DNA of 64,000 nucleotides from Candidatus Binatia bacterium (lineage in GTDB: Bacteria; Desulfobacterota; Binatia; UBA9968; CAXXLF01), in assembly GCA_963664015.2 (NCBI GenBank), contig CAXXLF010000002.1, forward strand, positions 1,792,001-1,856,000, written 5' to 3'. Position 1 is the stretch's first letter. The number at the start of each line of letters is the position of its first letter. The notes beneath the pieces were generated by a model. The model searched no databases. It was not told the origin of the DNA and was given only the letters and a program-made list of their open reading frames with translations. Positions 30,118 through 41,926 of this stretch are shown piece after piece. The translations under genes were made by a program, and so were the position numbers.

Positions 30118-32610
30118 CTAGGGTCTGAGGGGAGCATACCTCTCGCGCTGCACCTTGGCTGGGATCTTCCCCCCCTTTTTTAACTTTTTTCCTCTGCTTG
30201 GCGTTGCCTTCTTTGCCTTCGCAGTAGAGCGGGAGGTGCGGTGTCTCTTGGGCAGGAGCGCTTTGTCCAGTACATCTGACATGGTTCGCGCGAAGACAAA
30301 ATTGAGCCGGCGTCGCAGCGGCTTGGGTATCTCATCCAAATCGTTTTTATTGCGGTCAGGAACAATGATGGTCTTGATCCCAGCCCGATAGGCTGCCAGA
30401 CATTTTTCTTTGAGGCCGCCTACCGGCAATACCCGCCCTCGCAAGGTGATTTCACCGGTCATAGCCGTGTCCCGGTTCAGCGCTCGTTTGGTCAATGCGG
30501 AGATCAAGGCGGCGGCCATAGTAATTCCCGCTGAGGGTCCATCCTTGGGAATAGCACCGGCGGGCACGTGAATATGGATGTCCAACTTTTGATAGAAATC
30601 CTGCTCGATTCCCAGTTCCTTTGCCTGTGAGCGGGCGTAGCTCACCGCTGCCTGGGCCGACTCCTTCATCACGTCTCCAAGCTGCCCGGTCAGGGTCAGG
30701 CGTCCTTGTCCCTTGGATAGAGAGGCTTCTATGTAGAGGAGTTCCCCCCCGGCAATGGTCCAGGCAAGGCCAGTGGCGACGCCGATTTCGTTCTGTTCCA
30801 CTTCCAGCTCCGGGAGAAACTTCGGTGGGCCAAGAAAAAGGTGCAGGTTGGCCCGTGTCACTCGAGTGAGTTCTTTTTTCCCTTCGGCAACCTTGCGCGC
30901 CACCTTACGGCAAACGGCAGCGATCTCCCTATCTAGATTTCGTAGTCCCGCCTCCTTGGTATACTGGGCGATAATGCGAAGGATCGCGTCATCGGAAATC
31001 TCGAGATGGCTAGTGGAAATTCCGTTCTCTTCCCATTGCTTGGGGACAAGGTACTTGAGTGCAATCTCCAGTTTTTCCTCGTTGGTATAACCGGAGATGT
31101 GAATGACCTCCATACGATCCCGAAGGGTGTGTGGGATGGAATCGAGAAGGTTGGCCGTACAGATCATCAGAACATTCGATAGGTCAAAGGGGAGATTCAG
31201 ATAATGGTCGCTGAAGGCGTAGTTCTGTTCGGGATCCAAGACCTCTAAAAGTGCCGCCGATGGGTCACCACGAAAGTCCGCGCCGATCTTATCAATCTCA
31301 TCAAGCATGAAAACAGGGTTTTTGGAGCCTGCTTGTTTGATTCCCTGGATAATTCGACCCGGTAGAGCTCCTACATACGTACGTCGATGCCCCCGAATCT
31401 CCGCCTCGTCGCGGATGCCTCCAAGAGATACGCGAGTGAACTTCCTTCCTAAGGCACGGGCGATAGACCGTCCCAGGGAGGTTTTTCCCACCCCCGGGGG
31501 CCCCACAAAACAGAGAACCGGTCCCTTGATCTTTTTCTTGAGCTTGTGGACGGCGAGATATTCCAGGATACGCTCCTTGATCTTTTCCAAGTCGTAATGA
31601 TCCTGATTGAGCACGTCCTTAGCCGTCTGAATGTCCAGATTGTCTTTGGTCTGCTTGCTCCACGGGAGATCCACGATCCAATCGAGATAGGTTCGCACGA
31701 GAGAGGCCTCTGAGGACTCGGGATGCATTTGTTCCAAACGTTTGAGCTGCTTCTCGGCTTCTTTTTTAATCTCCGAGGGCATCTTGCCCTTTTCGATCTG
31801 ATTCTTGAGCTCATTGACCTCTTCCGTGCGCTCGTCCCCCTCGCCCAGTTCCTGATGGATTTGCTTGAGCTGTTCCCTTAGAAAATACTCTCGCTGGGTC
31901 TTGCTCATTTCCTCTTTGGCCTGATTTTGGATCTGGGCCTGCATGGTTGAAAGTTCCAGCTCTCGGCTGAGTAGCTCGTTGACCTTTTTCAATCGTTCGA
32001 TAGGTTCGAGTATTTGCAAGATGCCCTGGCTTTCCTCGATCTTGAGGCGCAGGTTGGAAGCTACCAGGTCTGCCAGAACACCGGGATCACTCACGTTGTC
32101 CGTAACCATGGTGATTTCGGGAGGAAGGCTTTTGAGGTTCAAGATCTGCTCGATTTTTTCCTTCACGTTCCGCATCAAGGCCTCGATCTCAATAGAGACC
32201 TCCTGTATAACGGGCTCGATGACTTTGCGAATCGTGACCTCAAAAAAGGGATTCTCTTTTACGAAACTCTGGACCTGCCCTTTGGCCAATCCCTGGACCA
32301 GTATCTTGACCCGGCCGTCGGCTAATTTCAGCATGCGCAGGATCGAGGCAACGGTTCCCACCTCGTAGATATCTTGCGGGAGAGGGTTGTCTTCGGACGA
32401 GCTTTTCTGCGCAACGAGAAAGATCAAACGATCCCGCTCAAGGGACTCTTCGACGGCACGGATAGAGACATTACGTCCGACGAAAAGCGGCAACATCATG
32501 TAAGGATAGATGACGATATCCCGGATGGGCAGGAGCGGAATGGTATCCGGAATTTCCGTGGGAGGATCTTTCCAGTCCTGATTGTCTAGAGGCTCTTCTA
32601 TTTCGCTCAT
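30118..32610 (-). CDS. lon: ATP-dependent Lon protease
   Basis: LON N-domain, [33 protein letters not shown]. Confidence 0.98.
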   Translation of the reverse strand: MSEIEEPLDNQDWKDPPTEIPDTIPLLPIRDIVIYPYMMLPLFVGRNVSIRAVEESLERDRLIFLVAQKSSSEDNPLPQDIYEVGTVASILRMLKLADGRVKILVQGLAKGQVQSFVKENPFFEVTIRKVIEPVIQEVSIEIEALMRNVKEKIEQILNLKSLPPEITMVTDNVSDPGVLADLVASNLRLKIEESQGILQILEPIERLKKVNELLSRELELSTMQAQIQNQAKEEMSKTQREYFLREQLKQIHQELGEGDERTEEVNELKNQIEKGKMPSEIKKEAEKQLKRLEQMHPESSEASLVRTYLDWIVDLPWSKQTKDNLDIQTAKDVLNQDHYDLEKIKERILEYLAVHKLKKKIKGPVLCFVGPPGVGKTSLGRSIARALGRKFTRVSLGGIRDEAEIRGHRRTYVGALPGRIIQGIKQAGSKNPVFMLDEIDKIGADFRGDPSAALLEVLDPEQNYAFSDHYLNLPFDLSNVLMICTANLLDSIPHTLRDRMEVIHISGYTNEEKLEIALKYLVPKQWEENGISTSHLEISDDAILRIIAQYTKEAGLRNLDREIAAVCRKVARKVAEGKKELTRVTRANLHLFLGPPKFLPELEVEQNEIGVATGLAWTIAGGELLYIEASLSKGQGRLTLTGQLGDVMKESAQAAVSYARSQAKELGIEQDFYQKLDIHIHVPAGAIPKDGPSAGITMAAALISALTKRALNRDTAMTGEITLRGRVLPVGGLKEKCLAAYRAGIKTIIVPDRNKNDLDEIPKPLRRRLNFVFARTMSDVLDKALLPKRHRTSRSTAKAKKATPSRGKKLKKGGKIPAKVQRERYAPLRP

Positions 32611-32722
32611 ATTTCCCCTTCAAACACTTTAACCTGCACCTGCAATCCCGTCAAGAAAATATCTCATTGAGTACGATCGGGATAACCGACGAAAGTCCGA
32701 TCGTGGGGCTAGGCAGAGAGTT

Positions 32723-33838
32723 TTAGCCAAAAATTTGCTTAACTTTATCGAAGAATCCTTTGGCGAGAGGATTGATGTTTTCCCCCCCCGCGGTGTCGAA
32801 TTCTTTCAGCAGTTCCTTTTGCTTCGCCGTAAGGTGCGTGGGCGTTTCTACAATGACCCTTACATGCTGGTCTCCCTGATGATAACTGTGAACGTCCTTG
32901 ACGCCTTTACCCTTGAGTCGAAAGATTTTTCCCGACTGGGTCCCCGCGGGGATCTTCAATCTGACTTTCCCTTCGAGGGTGGGAACTTGAATCTCAGCGC
33001 CTAGTGCTGCCTGGTGGAACCTGATCGGTACTTCGCAGATGATCTCCGACCCTTCGCGAATAAAGATTGGATGATCGCGAACCTGGATAGCGACATAGAG
33101 GTCCCCGGAAGGCCCACTCGACGCGCCGCTTTCTCCTTTGCCCCTTAACTTGAGGAGCGATCCGGTATCGACCCCGGCCGGAATTTTGATTTCTAGAGTG
33201 TGTAACTGCCGGACCCTTCCCGAGCCAGAACACGTCCCACATGGGTCTGGTATGATCGTTCCACGGCCCTGGCATTGGCCGCAGGTCCTTGCGACACTGA
33301 AAAAACTTTGCTGGAAATTGACCTGCCCCCGGCCGCGGCAAGTCGTGCAAGTTCGGGGTGGGGATCCGGACTTGGCACCGCTCCCGCTACACGTCTCGCA
33401 GTTGCCGTGACGAGGGACCTTGATTTTCTTCTCGGTCCCGAAGGCGGCCTCCTCAAAGTTGATATCCAGATTGTAGCGTAGGTCCTCGCCCCGTTGGGCC
33501 CGCGTGCGGTGACGTCCGGTAGTCCCGCCGAATAGATCTCCGAAAACGTCTCCGAATACATCTTCAAAGCCGGAGGTGAAATCGAAACCAGTACCGAAGG
33601 GACTCCTGCCGTCAAAGGCCGCATGGCCGTACTGATCGTATTGTGCCTTCTTTTCGGGATCCGTTAGGACTTGGTAAGCCTCCGAGACCTCCTTAAAATT
33701 ATCCTCGGACTGCTTATCACCAGGATTACGGTCCGGGTGGTACTTTAAGGCAAGTTTGCGGTAGGCCTTTTTGAGTTGTTCTTCGCTGGCGTCACGTCCT
33801 ATCCCTAAAAGCTCGTAGTAGTCCTTTTTACCGTTCAA
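32723..33838 (-). CDS. dnaJ: Chaperone DnaJ
   Basis: J domain HPD, four CxxCxGxG repeats. Confidence 0.98.
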   Translation of the reverse strand: MNGKKDYYELLGIGRDASEEQLKKAYRKLALKYHPDRNPGDKQSEDNFKEVSEAYQVLTDPEKKAQYDQYGHAAFDGRSPFGTGFDFTSGFEDVFGDVFGDLFGGTTGRHRTRAQRGEDLRYNLDINFEEAAFGTEKKIKVPRHGNCETCSGSGAKSGSPPRTCTTCRGRGQVNFQQSFFSVARTCGQCQGRGTIIPDPCGTCSGSGRVRQLHTLEIKIPAGVDTGSLLKLRGKGESGASSGPSGDLYVAIQVRDHPIFIREGSEIICEVPIRFHQAALGAEIQVPTLEGKVRLKIPAGTQSGKIFRLKGKGVKDVHSYHQGDQHVRVIVETPTHLTAKQKELLKEFDTAGGENINPLAKGFFDKVKQIFG

Positions 33839-33876
33839 TGATCGAATCCTCTCATAGGGTCATATCTAACAAAAAG

Positions 33877-34013
33877 ATTCCGCTGAAAAACCTCTTATTC
33901 ACGAAATTTCGGGATGACAAAAATAATTAACCAAGCTCCGATCGTGCGTTATCGTAGGTTTGTGAGCGAAATGTTTTTTCCTGATTATTGAAATAGGACT
34001 TTTTCAGCAGAAT
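33877..34013. mobile_element. MITE-like element with imperfect terminal inverted repeats
   Basis: ATTCCGCTGAAAAACCTCTTATTCA ... TGAAATAGGACTTTTTCAGCAGAAT; AT-rich non-coding interior in dnaK-dnaJ spacer. Confidence 0.55.
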
Positions 34014-34019
34014 TATAAA

Positions 34020-34058
34020 AAAGCCCCTATCCTGAAATACGGGGGAGTAGGGGCTTTG
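34020..34058 (-). terminator. Hairpin/terminator downstream of dnaK
   Basis: AAAGCCCCTA ... TAGGGGCTTT stem with T-run on minus strand. Confidence 0.55.
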
Positions 34059-34089
34059 AACTTTACATGACGGTGGCTGACTGTCCTCT

Positions 34090-36003
34090 CTAGTCCTTCA
34101 CCTCCTCGAAATCGGCGTCCACAACGTCCTCCTTCTTCCCCTGTGGGCCTTCCTGCGTGCCGGGACCTTCCTGCCCTCCGGGTGGGGGTTGCTGTTGCGA
34201 GGCCTTGGCATACATGGCTTCCGCAAGCTTGTGGGAGGAGCGTTCCAGCTCCTCGGCGGCAGAGCGAATGGTTGCGAGATCCTGACCCTCAAGGGCCTTC
34301 TTTGCCTTTTCCAATGCGCTATCGATCTCCGCCTTGACCGCGGGGTCCAAGTCGGCGCCGTAATCGGTCACGGACTTATCTGTGTTGTAGATCAACGAGT
34401 CCAAATGATTTCTGGCCTCCACGGTCTCTTTATGTTCCTTGTCCTCTGCCGCATGGGCTTCAGCGTCTTTGACCATTTGGTTGATCTCATCCTCGCTGAG
34501 GCCGCTGGAAGCCGTGATGCGGATCGATTGTTCTTTATTAGTTCCAAGGTCCTTGGCGTTGACGTGTACGATGCCGTTAGCGTCAATGTCAAATGTGACC
34601 TCAACCTGTGGAACTCCTCGCGGCGCCGGCGGGAGGCCGATCAGATCGAACTGGCCGAGCAGCTTGTTATAAGTCGCCATCTCACGCTCGCCCTGATGAA
34701 CACGAATCGTCACCGCTGTCTGGCTGTCTGCAGCAGTTGAAAAAACCTGGCTCTTCTTGGTAGGAATAGTGGTATTTTTCTCAATCAACTTGGTGAAAAC
34801 GCCTCCCAGGGTTTCAATCCCGAGAGATAGCGGTGTCACGTCCAATAGCAAAACATCCTTGACCTCCCCCGTAAGAACCGCCGCTTGAATTGCCGCGCCT
34901 ACCGCGACCACCTCGTCCGGGTTCACACCTCTATGGGGCTCCTTGCCAAAGATCTTTTGGACTCGCTCTTGAACTGCAGGCATGCGGGTCATCCCGCCAA
35001 CCAGAATCACTTCATCAATGTCACCGGTGCTCAAGCCCGCGTCCTCGAGGGCCTGGCGGCAGGGGCCTTCGGTTCTGTTGATCAGGTCCGAGCAAAGGGC
35101 CTCCAGCTTGGAGCGCGAAAGCTTAATGTTCAAGTGCTTAGGGCCACTTTGGTCCGCCGTAATAAAGGGCAAGTTGATATCGGTTTCCATGGTTGTGGAA
35201 AGCTCGCACTTGGCCTTTTCAGCGCCTTCTTTCAACCGCTGCAATGCCATACGATCCTTACGCAAATCAATGCCTTGATCTTTTTTAAACTCGTCGGCTA
35301 GATATTCGATAATCTTTTCATCAAAGTCTTCACCGCCTAGAAAGGTATCTCCGTTGGTTGCCTTGACTTCGAAAACGCTGTCACCCAGTTCCAGGATGGA
35401 AATATCAAAGGTCCCTCCGCCGAGATCAAAGACGGCGACTTTTTCGTCCTTCTTCTTGTCCAGTCCGTAAGCCAGGGAGGCGGCCGTAGGCTCATTTATG
35501 ATTCGTAAAAGGTTTAGCCCGGCAATCTTACAGGCGTCCTTGGTGGCTTGCCTTTGGCTGTCACTAAAGTACGCGGGTACGGTGACCACAGCTTCAGTAA
35601 CTTTTTCCCCCAGGTAATCCTCAGCCGTTTGCTTCATCTTCTGTAGTATAAAGGCTGAGACTTCGGCCGGGCTGTACTGTTTTCCCCTGATCTCGACCCA
35701 GGCATCGCCGTTGTCTGAGCGGACAATTTTGTAGGGGAGAATCTTCATGGCCTTTTGGACCAGGGGATCTTCAAATCGCCTTCCAATCAATCTCTTAACC
35801 GAATAGATGGTGTTTTCCGGATTGGTGATCGCTTGCCTCTTGGCAATCTGGCCAACCAAGCGCTCGCCGCTGTCGGAAAAGGCTGCTACCGATGGGGTGG
35901 TACGGGTTCCCTCGGCATTGGCAAGAACGTTAGGATCACCGCCCTCCATTAATGCCACGCACGAGTTAGTTGTCCCCAGATCAATGCCTATCACTTTTGC
36001 CAT
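34090..36003 (-). CDS. dnaK: Chaperone DnaK
   Basis: [33 protein letters not shown]. Confidence 0.99.
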   Translation of the reverse strand: MAKVIGIDLGTTNSCVALMEGGDPNVLANAEGTRTTPSVAAFSDSGERLVGQIAKRQAITNPENTIYSVKRLIGRRFEDPLVQKAMKILPYKIVRSDNGDAWVEIRGKQYSPAEVSAFILQKMKQTAEDYLGEKVTEAVVTVPAYFSDSQRQATKDACKIAGLNLLRIINEPTAASLAYGLDKKKDEKVAVFDLGGGTFDISILELGDSVFEVKATNGDTFLGGEDFDEKIIEYLADEFKKDQGIDLRKDRMALQRLKEGAEKAKCELSTTMETDINLPFITADQSGPKHLNIKLSRSKLEALCSDLINRTEGPCRQALEDAGLSTGDIDEVILVGGMTRMPAVQERVQKIFGKEPHRGVNPDEVVAVGAAIQAAVLTGEVKDVLLLDVTPLSLGIETLGGVFTKLIEKNTTIPTKKSQVFSTAADSQTAVTIRVHQGEREMATYNKLLGQFDLIGLPPAPRGVPQVEVTFDIDANGIVHVNAKDLGTNKEQSIRITASSGLSEDEINQMVKDAEAHAAEDKEHKETVEARNHLDSLIYNTDKSVTDYGADLDPAVKAEIDSALEKAKKALEGQDLATIRSAAEELERSSHKLAEAMYAKASQQQPPPGGQEGPGTQEGPQGKKEDVVDADFEEVKD

Positions 36004-36053
36004 GTTTTGCTCTCCTAAGAAGAAAAAGACTGCGGTGCAGTCACAAGGTTTAT

Positions 36054-36677
36054 TTAATCATCCCCCGAGCCGTTTTCAACCTTTTCCCGGTCGCTAACTT
36101 CTTCCTTTGTTTCTAGCAGCTTAGCGACGCTAACCAGCGCAGGGCGAAGGAGCCGGTCGACCATGGTATAGCCTTTATGCAGTTCGTCGACCACGGTATT
36201 GGGTTCGTGGTCTTTACTTTCCACCTGAGCAAAAGCCTCATGCTTTTGCGGGTCAAAGCGCTCCCCGATGGCACCGATCTGCTTGACCCCATGCTTTTCG
36301 AGGACTTCGAGAAAGCCTTTAAGAACCAGTTCAATTCCCTCCAGGATCGATTTTCCGTTGCCTTCTCCTTGGGCATGATCAACGGCCCTTTCCAGGTTAT
36401 CCAGAACCGGAAGCAGGTCTTTGACGAGAGTTTCATTGCTGAAGCGGATAGCCTCTGTCTTCTCCCGCACAGTCCGCTTCTTGAAATTCTCCGTTTCCGC
36501 GACGTTACGCAGATACAGTTCGTAATTTTTTTTGACCTCGGCGTCCTTAGCGTCGAGGCTCTGGCGCAGCTTTTCCAATTCTGATTGAAGGGGATCCTCG
36601 GTCGATGCGTTTTCGACACTGGATGCCTCTTCGTCCTCTACAGGCTGCTCGGTGGCTTTGGGTTCTTTCTCGTCCAT
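36054..36677 (-). CDS. grpE: Nucleotide exchange factor GrpE
   Basis: [28 protein letters not shown]...RLLRPA.V.V. Confidence 0.97.
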   Translation of the reverse strand: MDEKEPKATEQPVEDEEASSVENASTEDPLQSELEKLRQSLDAKDAEVKKNYELYLRNVAETENFKKRTVREKTEAIRFSNETLVKDLLPVLDNLERAVDHAQGEGNGKSILEGIELVLKGFLEVLEKHGVKQIGAIGERFDPQKHEAFAQVESKDHEPNTVVDELHKGYTMVDRLLRPALVSVAKLLETKEEVSDREKVENGSGDD

Positions 36678-36834
36678 CTTGCGTTTATGTCTTTAAGTAC
36701 CAAATTAGGCATTATTTAATCATCATATTCCTGCTTGTCAAGGTAAAGCGTCAGCTAGAACCTCTTGATTTTACGGAGAGTTTGCGCCATTCTGCAGGAA
36801 ATGTTATAAGGATAGAGGAGGCGATGGTTAAGAC

Positions 36835-37644
36835 ATGCCCGTGCTCTCAGTGAGTCCCGCAATAGTGTTACGGGCCAGGTCCTTCGGAGAATCCGACAAG
36901 ATAGTCTCTCTTCTCTCACGAGATTTCGGTAAGGTTACGGGAATTGCTAAGGGCGCGAAGCGGTCGCGCAAGAGGTTCGTCAACACCCTGGAGCCGTTCT
37001 CACTGGTGACCCTTCGCTTCCAAGAGCGCTCGCAGAGTTCTCTTGTTTTTATTCAAGCCTGCGACTGGCTGCAGGTCTTTAAAAATCTAACCACTGACTT
37101 GCAGCGTATCACCATGGCTTCGTATATGATTGAGATCACCGATGAACTCATAAGGGAGCGCGAAGAAAGCCGCGCGGTTTTTGAACATCTAAAACAGGGG
37201 CTGATATTTCTCGAAGAACAGGGCTCGTCACCGGTGTTTTTGGTCTTTTTTGAAATGCAGCTCCTCAGGCTCTCAGGTTATCAGCCTATGCTCGAGTGCT
37301 GTCGTAGATGCGGCAAGAAGAGACCAGAAGTGGGGGCGCCGTTCCAGGTCAAAGAACCGGAAGATGCCGGCACCTACCGGTCCCTGTGGTCTTTTAGTCC
37401 ACGGGATGGGGGGATTTTGTGCCGCTCCTGCCTCCCCTTTCGCAGAGAGACCTTACCTCTGTCACTGGAATCTATCCACGCGTTGGCTCGACTCCAGGAA
37501 GAGGAGCAAAACTTTTCCAGCCTTCCCAAGCTGTCGCCCTTGGCTCTCAAAGAAACTCGGTTCATCCTGCCCCGTTTTATTCAGTTCCAAATCAACAAAG
37601 AGTTAAAATCAGCACGGTTTTTAGAGTCTTTCTGTGCGTTCTGA
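36835..37644 (+). CDS. recO: DNA repair protein RecO
   Basis: ESDKIV, AKGAKRS.KRF, LEPF, C-terminal CxxC...CxxC. Confidence 0.95.
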   Translation: MPVLSVSPAIVLRARSFGESDKIVSLLSRDFGKVTGIAKGAKRSRKRFVNTLEPFSLVTLRFQERSQSSLVFIQACDWLQVFKNLTTDLQRITMASYMIEITDELIREREESRAVFEHLKQGLIFLEEQGSSPVFLVFFEMQLLRLSGYQPMLECCRRCGKKRPEVGAPFQVKEPEDAGTYRSLWSFSPRDGGILCRSCLPFRRETLPLSLESIHALARLQEEEQNFSSLPKLSPLALKETRFILPRFIQFQINKELKSARFLESFCAF

Positions 37645-37731
37645 TGTTATGGTCGATGCTTCACAGAAATCCGGATCAGTTAATGATTGTCATGGAGGCG
37701 CTTCCGATGGCCAATAGGCGAGGTCTGTTTC

Positions 37732-39060
37732 ATGAACTCTAAGGCCAGCATGGAAAAGGTGGTCAACCTCTGCAAACGTAGGGGGTTTATCTTTCCTTCC
37801 AGTGAAATCTACGGTGGTCTGGGGAGTTGTTGGGATTATGGGCCCTTGGGAGCCGACCTTAAGAGGAACATCAAAGACGCCTGGTGGAAGGCCGTCGTGA
37901 CCTCACGGGAAGATGTGGTCGGCATGGACAGCGCCATCCTCATGCATCCCCGTGTTTGGGAGGCATCGGGTCACCTGACCGGGTTTTCCGATCCCTTGGT
38001 AGAATGCAAGTCCTGCCACCAGCGTTTTCGGGAAGACCACATCGAAGGGACTAACTGCCCGGCCTGCGGATCTGAACTCACGCCGCCCCGTCAATTCAAC
38101 TTGATGTTCAAGACTTTTATGGGCCCCGTTGAGGATTCGGCCAATACGGTCTATCTGCGTCCCGAGACGGCTCAGGGTATCTTTGTCAACTTTGCCAACG
38201 TCGTTCAGACCTCAAGGCAGAAACTCCCCTTTGGGATTGCGCAGATCGGAAAGAGCTTTCGTAATGAGATCACACCGGGGAACTTTATCTTTCGGACCCG
38301 TGAGTTTGAGCAGATGGAAATTGAGTTCTTTGCCAAAGAGGGCGACGACGACCGATGGTTCGAGTACTGGCAGGGAGAACGATTCCATTGGTACCAGGAC
38401 AATGGTATCCGAAAGGACAACTTGCGGATCCGCGTCCACGAAAGCGACGAGCTCGCCCATTATGCTAAAGGGTGCGTTGACATTGAATATGAGTTCCCCT
38501 TTGGATGGTCGGAACTCGAAGGGGTGGCCAACCGTTCCAGCTTTGACCTGAACAAGCACATAGAGTTTAGCGGCAAAGACCTTTCCTTCTACGAGGAGGA
38601 ATCCAAGAGCCGCATCGTTCCTTTCGTCATCGAGCCCTCTGCCGGCGTGGACCGCTCGCTGTTGGCCTTTCTGGTCGATGCCTATGATGAGGATGAAGCG
38701 GAAGGGGAAAAGAGAATTGTCTTACGGTTACATCCGAAACTGGCACCGATTAAAGCCGGTATCTTCCCCTTGTTACGCAAAGATGGGCAGCCGGAAAAGG
38801 CCCAAGAGGTCAGAGATCGCCTCAAGCATCACTTTTCGGTTGCTTACGATCAAGCGGGGTCCATTGGCCGTCGTTATCGTAGGCAAGACGAGGTTGGCAC
38901 GCCCTATGGTATCACCGTAGATCACCAGACGATGAAGGACGAGACGGTAACCTTGAGGGACCGGGACCTCATGACCCAGGTCCGAGTTCCGATAGCCGGT
39001 ATCGTGGAGGAGATAAGAAACCGCGTGGATGGACCTGTTCGGGAGAGAAGCGATGGGTAG
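37732..39060 (+). CDS. glyQS: Glycine--tRNA ligase, homodimeric (alpha2) type
   Basis: KRRGF, EIYGG, YLRPETAQG, FRNEITP, REFEQME, VIEPSAG, SIGRRYRRQDE. Confidence 0.96.
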   Translation: MNSKASMEKVVNLCKRRGFIFPSSEIYGGLGSCWDYGPLGADLKRNIKDAWWKAVVTSREDVVGMDSAILMHPRVWEASGHLTGFSDPLVECKSCHQRFREDHIEGTNCPACGSELTPPRQFNLMFKTFMGPVEDSANTVYLRPETAQGIFVNFANVVQTSRQKLPFGIAQIGKSFRNEITPGNFIFRTREFEQMEIEFFAKEGDDDRWFEYWQGERFHWYQDNGIRKDNLRIRVHESDELAHYAKGCVDIEYEFPFGWSELEGVANRSSFDLNKHIEFSGKDLSFYEEESKSRIVPFVIEPSAGVDRSLLAFLVDAYDEDEAEGEKRIVLRLHPKLAPIKAGIFPLLRKDGQPEKAQEVRDRLKHHFSVAYDQAGSIGRRYRRQDEVGTPYGITVDHQTMKDETVTLRDRDLMTQVRVPIAGIVEEIRNRVDGPVRERSDG

Positions 39061-41773
39061 GGTGAAAAAGAGGGTATACCTGTTTGGCGGGGGTAAGGCC
39101 GATGGTAAGGCGAGCATGCGCGAAATCCTTGGGGGCAAGGGGGCCGGACTTCACGAGATGACTCGCATGGGAGTCCCGGTGCCTGCCGGCTTTACCATCG
39201 GAACAAACGTGTGCGTTGCTTTTCAAGGGCAACGAGGCTGCTATCCGAAAGGACTGGACAAGGAAGTTACTGAAGCGCTGCTTCGCGTCGAAAGGCACAT
39301 GGAAAAACGTTTCGGGGACTCCACCCATCCACTGTTGGTCTCCGTTCGCTCGGGGGCGCGGGAGTCGATGCCAGGGATGATGGACACGGTGTTGAACCTG
39401 GGCCTCAACGATCAAACAGTCCAGGGGCTCATTGCCCGAACGCGGAATCCCCGATTCGCTTATGATTCGTACCGCCGTTTTGTCCAGATGTACGGTGATG
39501 TGGTGATGGGTCTAAAATCAACCCAAAAAGACGAGCGGGATCCCTTTGAAGTTATTCTCCAAGCCATGAAAGAAAAGCGTGGGGTCCGCTTCGACACCGA
39601 GCTGACGGCAGCAGACTTGCAGGAACTCGTTGCCGAATTTAAGGCTGAGATCAAGAGTAGACTCAACCAGGACTTTCCCGAGGATCCTTATGTGCAGTTA
39701 TGGGGGGCCATCGGGGCCGTCTTTGGCTCCTGGAACAACGACCGCGCCATTGCCTACAGAGACCTTTACCATATTCCCCACTCCTGGGGCACGGCAGTGA
39801 ACGTGCAGGCCATGGTCTTTGGCAACCTGGGCGAGCGATGCGCTACGGGGGTGGCCTTCACACGCAATCCAGCAACCGGTGAGAAACAACTCTACGGCGA
39901 GTTTCTGGTCAATGCTCAAGGCGAAGATGTAGTTGCCGGCATTCGTACCCCGAGGCCCATTGCCGAGTTAAAAGAAGTCATGCCGAAGGGCTACAGTCAG
40001 TTGGTGCGCTTGTGCAAAGTTCTGGAGAAGCGCTATCAGGAAATGCAGGACATCGAATTCACCATCGAGAATAACAAGCTCTGGACGCTTCAGACCCGAA
40101 CGGCGAAGCGGACAGGCTTTGCTGCGGTTCGGATTGCGGTGGATATGGTTGGGGAAGGCATCATTTCCAAGCATCAGGCGCTACTGCGCATCGAACCGGC
40201 CCAACTGAACCAGCTTCTACGACCCATTTTCGATCACGAGGCTAAGGAAAAAGCCGCCCGCGAGGGGCAAATCGTGGCAAAAGGGCTTCCCGCCGGTCCG
40301 GGAGCGGCCTCGGGACGGTTGGTATTCAATGCGGAGGATGCCCAGGAATGGAAGAAACGGGGCGAGAAGGTCATTCTCTTCCGTGTTGAGACCAGCCCGG
40401 AGGATATTCGCGGCTTTGAGGCAGCTCAGGCTATCGTTACGGCCCGGGGAGGGATGACCTCTCACGCGGCCCTGGTGGCGCGCCAGATGGGAAAGGTCTG
40501 CGTGGTTGGGTGCGTGACATTGAACGTGGATCTTGTCTCCCGCGAGATAAAGGTTGGAGAGACACGGCTTCGTGAAGGCGATTGGGTTTCCGTAGATGGT
40601 AGCGCGGGGGAAGTGATCCGAGGCGAGCTGGACACGCTCCCGTCGGAGATCGCCAGAGTCCTGATCGATCAAAGTCTGGATCCCAAGGCGAGTCGCGTCT
40701 TCCAGCAATTTTCCAAGCTCATGAAATGGGCCGATGAGGTGCGCCGGCTTGGAGTTAGGACGAACGCAGATCAGCCGAACCAGGCAGCAGTCGCCAAGGC
40801 ATTTGGCGCTGAAGGAATAGGACTGTGCCGTACGGAACACATGTTCTTTGCCGGTGATCGTATCAATTCGGTGCGTGAGATGATCCTGGCACCTGACGAG
40901 GGGGGGCGGCAAAGAGCGTTAGAAAAACTCTTGCCCATGCAAAAAGAGGACTTCAAAGGGATCCTTAGTGTCATGGGGAAGCTTCCGGTTACAGTACGGA
41001 CCCTTGATCCACCGCTCCACGAGTTTCTACCGAAGACCGATGAGGAAGTTGAAGAGCTTGCTCGGTCCATTTCGGTTCCGGCGGCAGTACTCCATAAAAA
41101 GATAGCGGCTCTTCACGAGGTCAACCCCATGCTCGGCCACAGGGGCTGCCGACTGGGTATCTCGTTCCCGGAGATCACGGAGATGCAGGTAAGGGCCCTG
41201 TTTCAAGCGGCCTGCGAACTGCGCCAGGAAGGAAAGGACCCCTTCCCCGAGGTGATGATTCCACTGGTAGGCAGCCAGGAGGAACTCATTTCGCAGCGAG
41301 ATATTGTCGAACACATAGCCCAAGAGACCATGAAGAGCTATGGTGTGAAGGTCCGCTACCTGATCGGAACCATGATTGAACTCCCCCGCGCCTGTGTCGT
41401 AGCCGATCGTATCGCTCAGGTCGCAGAGTTTTTTTCCTTTGGAACCAATGACTTAACCCAGACTACCCTGGGAATTTCCAGAGACGATGCAGGCAAATTC
41501 CTACCCTACTACTTGGAACACGGCATCATGGCGCAAAATCCCTTCATTAGCATTGATCGGGAGGGGGTTGGAGCGCTCATGCGGATCGCTATTGAAAATG
41601 GGCGTAAGTCTCGAAAAACACTAGAGTTAGGTCTTTGTGGTGAACATGGAGGGGACCCCAGCTCCGTCACCTTCTGTCATGAAATAGGTCTGGACTATGT
41701 GAGTTGCTCGCCCTATCGTATTCCAATCGCTAAATTGGCTGCTGCTCAGGCTGCACTGCCCAAAAAGAACTGA
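39053..41773 (+). CDS. ppdK: Pyruvate, phosphate dikinase
   Basis: LGGKGA, SVRSGA..SMPGMMDT, GGMTSHAA, GLCRTEHMF, FSFGTNDLTQ, CGEHGG. Confidence 0.98.
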   Translation: MGRVKKRVYLFGGGKADGKASMREILGGKGAGLHEMTRMGVPVPAGFTIGTNVCVAFQGQRGCYPKGLDKEVTEALLRVERHMEKRFGDSTHPLLVSVRSGARESMPGMMDTVLNLGLNDQTVQGLIARTRNPRFAYDSYRRFVQMYGDVVMGLKSTQKDERDPFEVILQAMKEKRGVRFDTELTAADLQELVAEFKAEIKSRLNQDFPEDPYVQLWGAIGAVFGSWNNDRAIAYRDLYHIPHSWGTAVNVQAMVFGNLGERCATGVAFTRNPATGEKQLYGEFLVNAQGEDVVAGIRTPRPIAELKEVMPKGYSQLVRLCKVLEKRYQEMQDIEFTIENNKLWTLQTRTAKRTGFAAVRIAVDMVGEGIISKHQALLRIEPAQLNQLLRPIFDHEAKEKAAREGQIVAKGLPAGPGAASGRLVFNAEDAQEWKKRGEKVILFRVETSPEDIRGFEAAQAIVTARGGMTSHAALVARQMGKVCVVGCVTLNVDLVSREIKVGETRLREGDWVSVDGSAGEVIRGELDTLPSEIARVLIDQSLDPKASRVFQQFSKLMKWADEVRRLGVRTNADQPNQAAVAKAFGAEGIGLCRTEHMFFAGDRINSVREMILAPDEGGRQRALEKLLPMQKEDFKGILSVMGKLPVTVRTLDPPLHEFLPKTDEEVEELARSISVPAAVLHKKIAALHEVNPMLGHRGCRLGISFPEITEMQVRALFQAACELRQEGKDPFPEVMIPLVGSQEELISQRDIVEHIAQETMKSYGVKVRYLIGTMIELPRACVVADRIAQVAEFFSFGTNDLTQTTLGISRDDAGKFLPYYLEHGIMAQNPFISIDREGVGALMRIAIENGRKSRKTLELGLCGEHGGDPSSVTFCHEIGLDYVSCSPYRIPIAKLAAAQAALPKKN

Positions 41774-41820
41774 TACTTCGGCTACCTACTCTCATCTGCC
41801 AAATGATCTGACTAAAATCC

Positions 41821-41839
41821 GTTGCCGAATAACGGCAAC
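41821..41839 (+). terminator. Hairpin downstream of ppdK
   Basis: GTTGCCG-AATAA-CGGCAAC. Confidence 0.4.
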
Positions 41840-41926
41840 AGACCGGCCCCATTACGCACTGAAAATTCAAATTTGGAGTAAACACAACAACTTAGAATTT
41901 ACACAAAAGGGGCAATTCTAGGTTAA

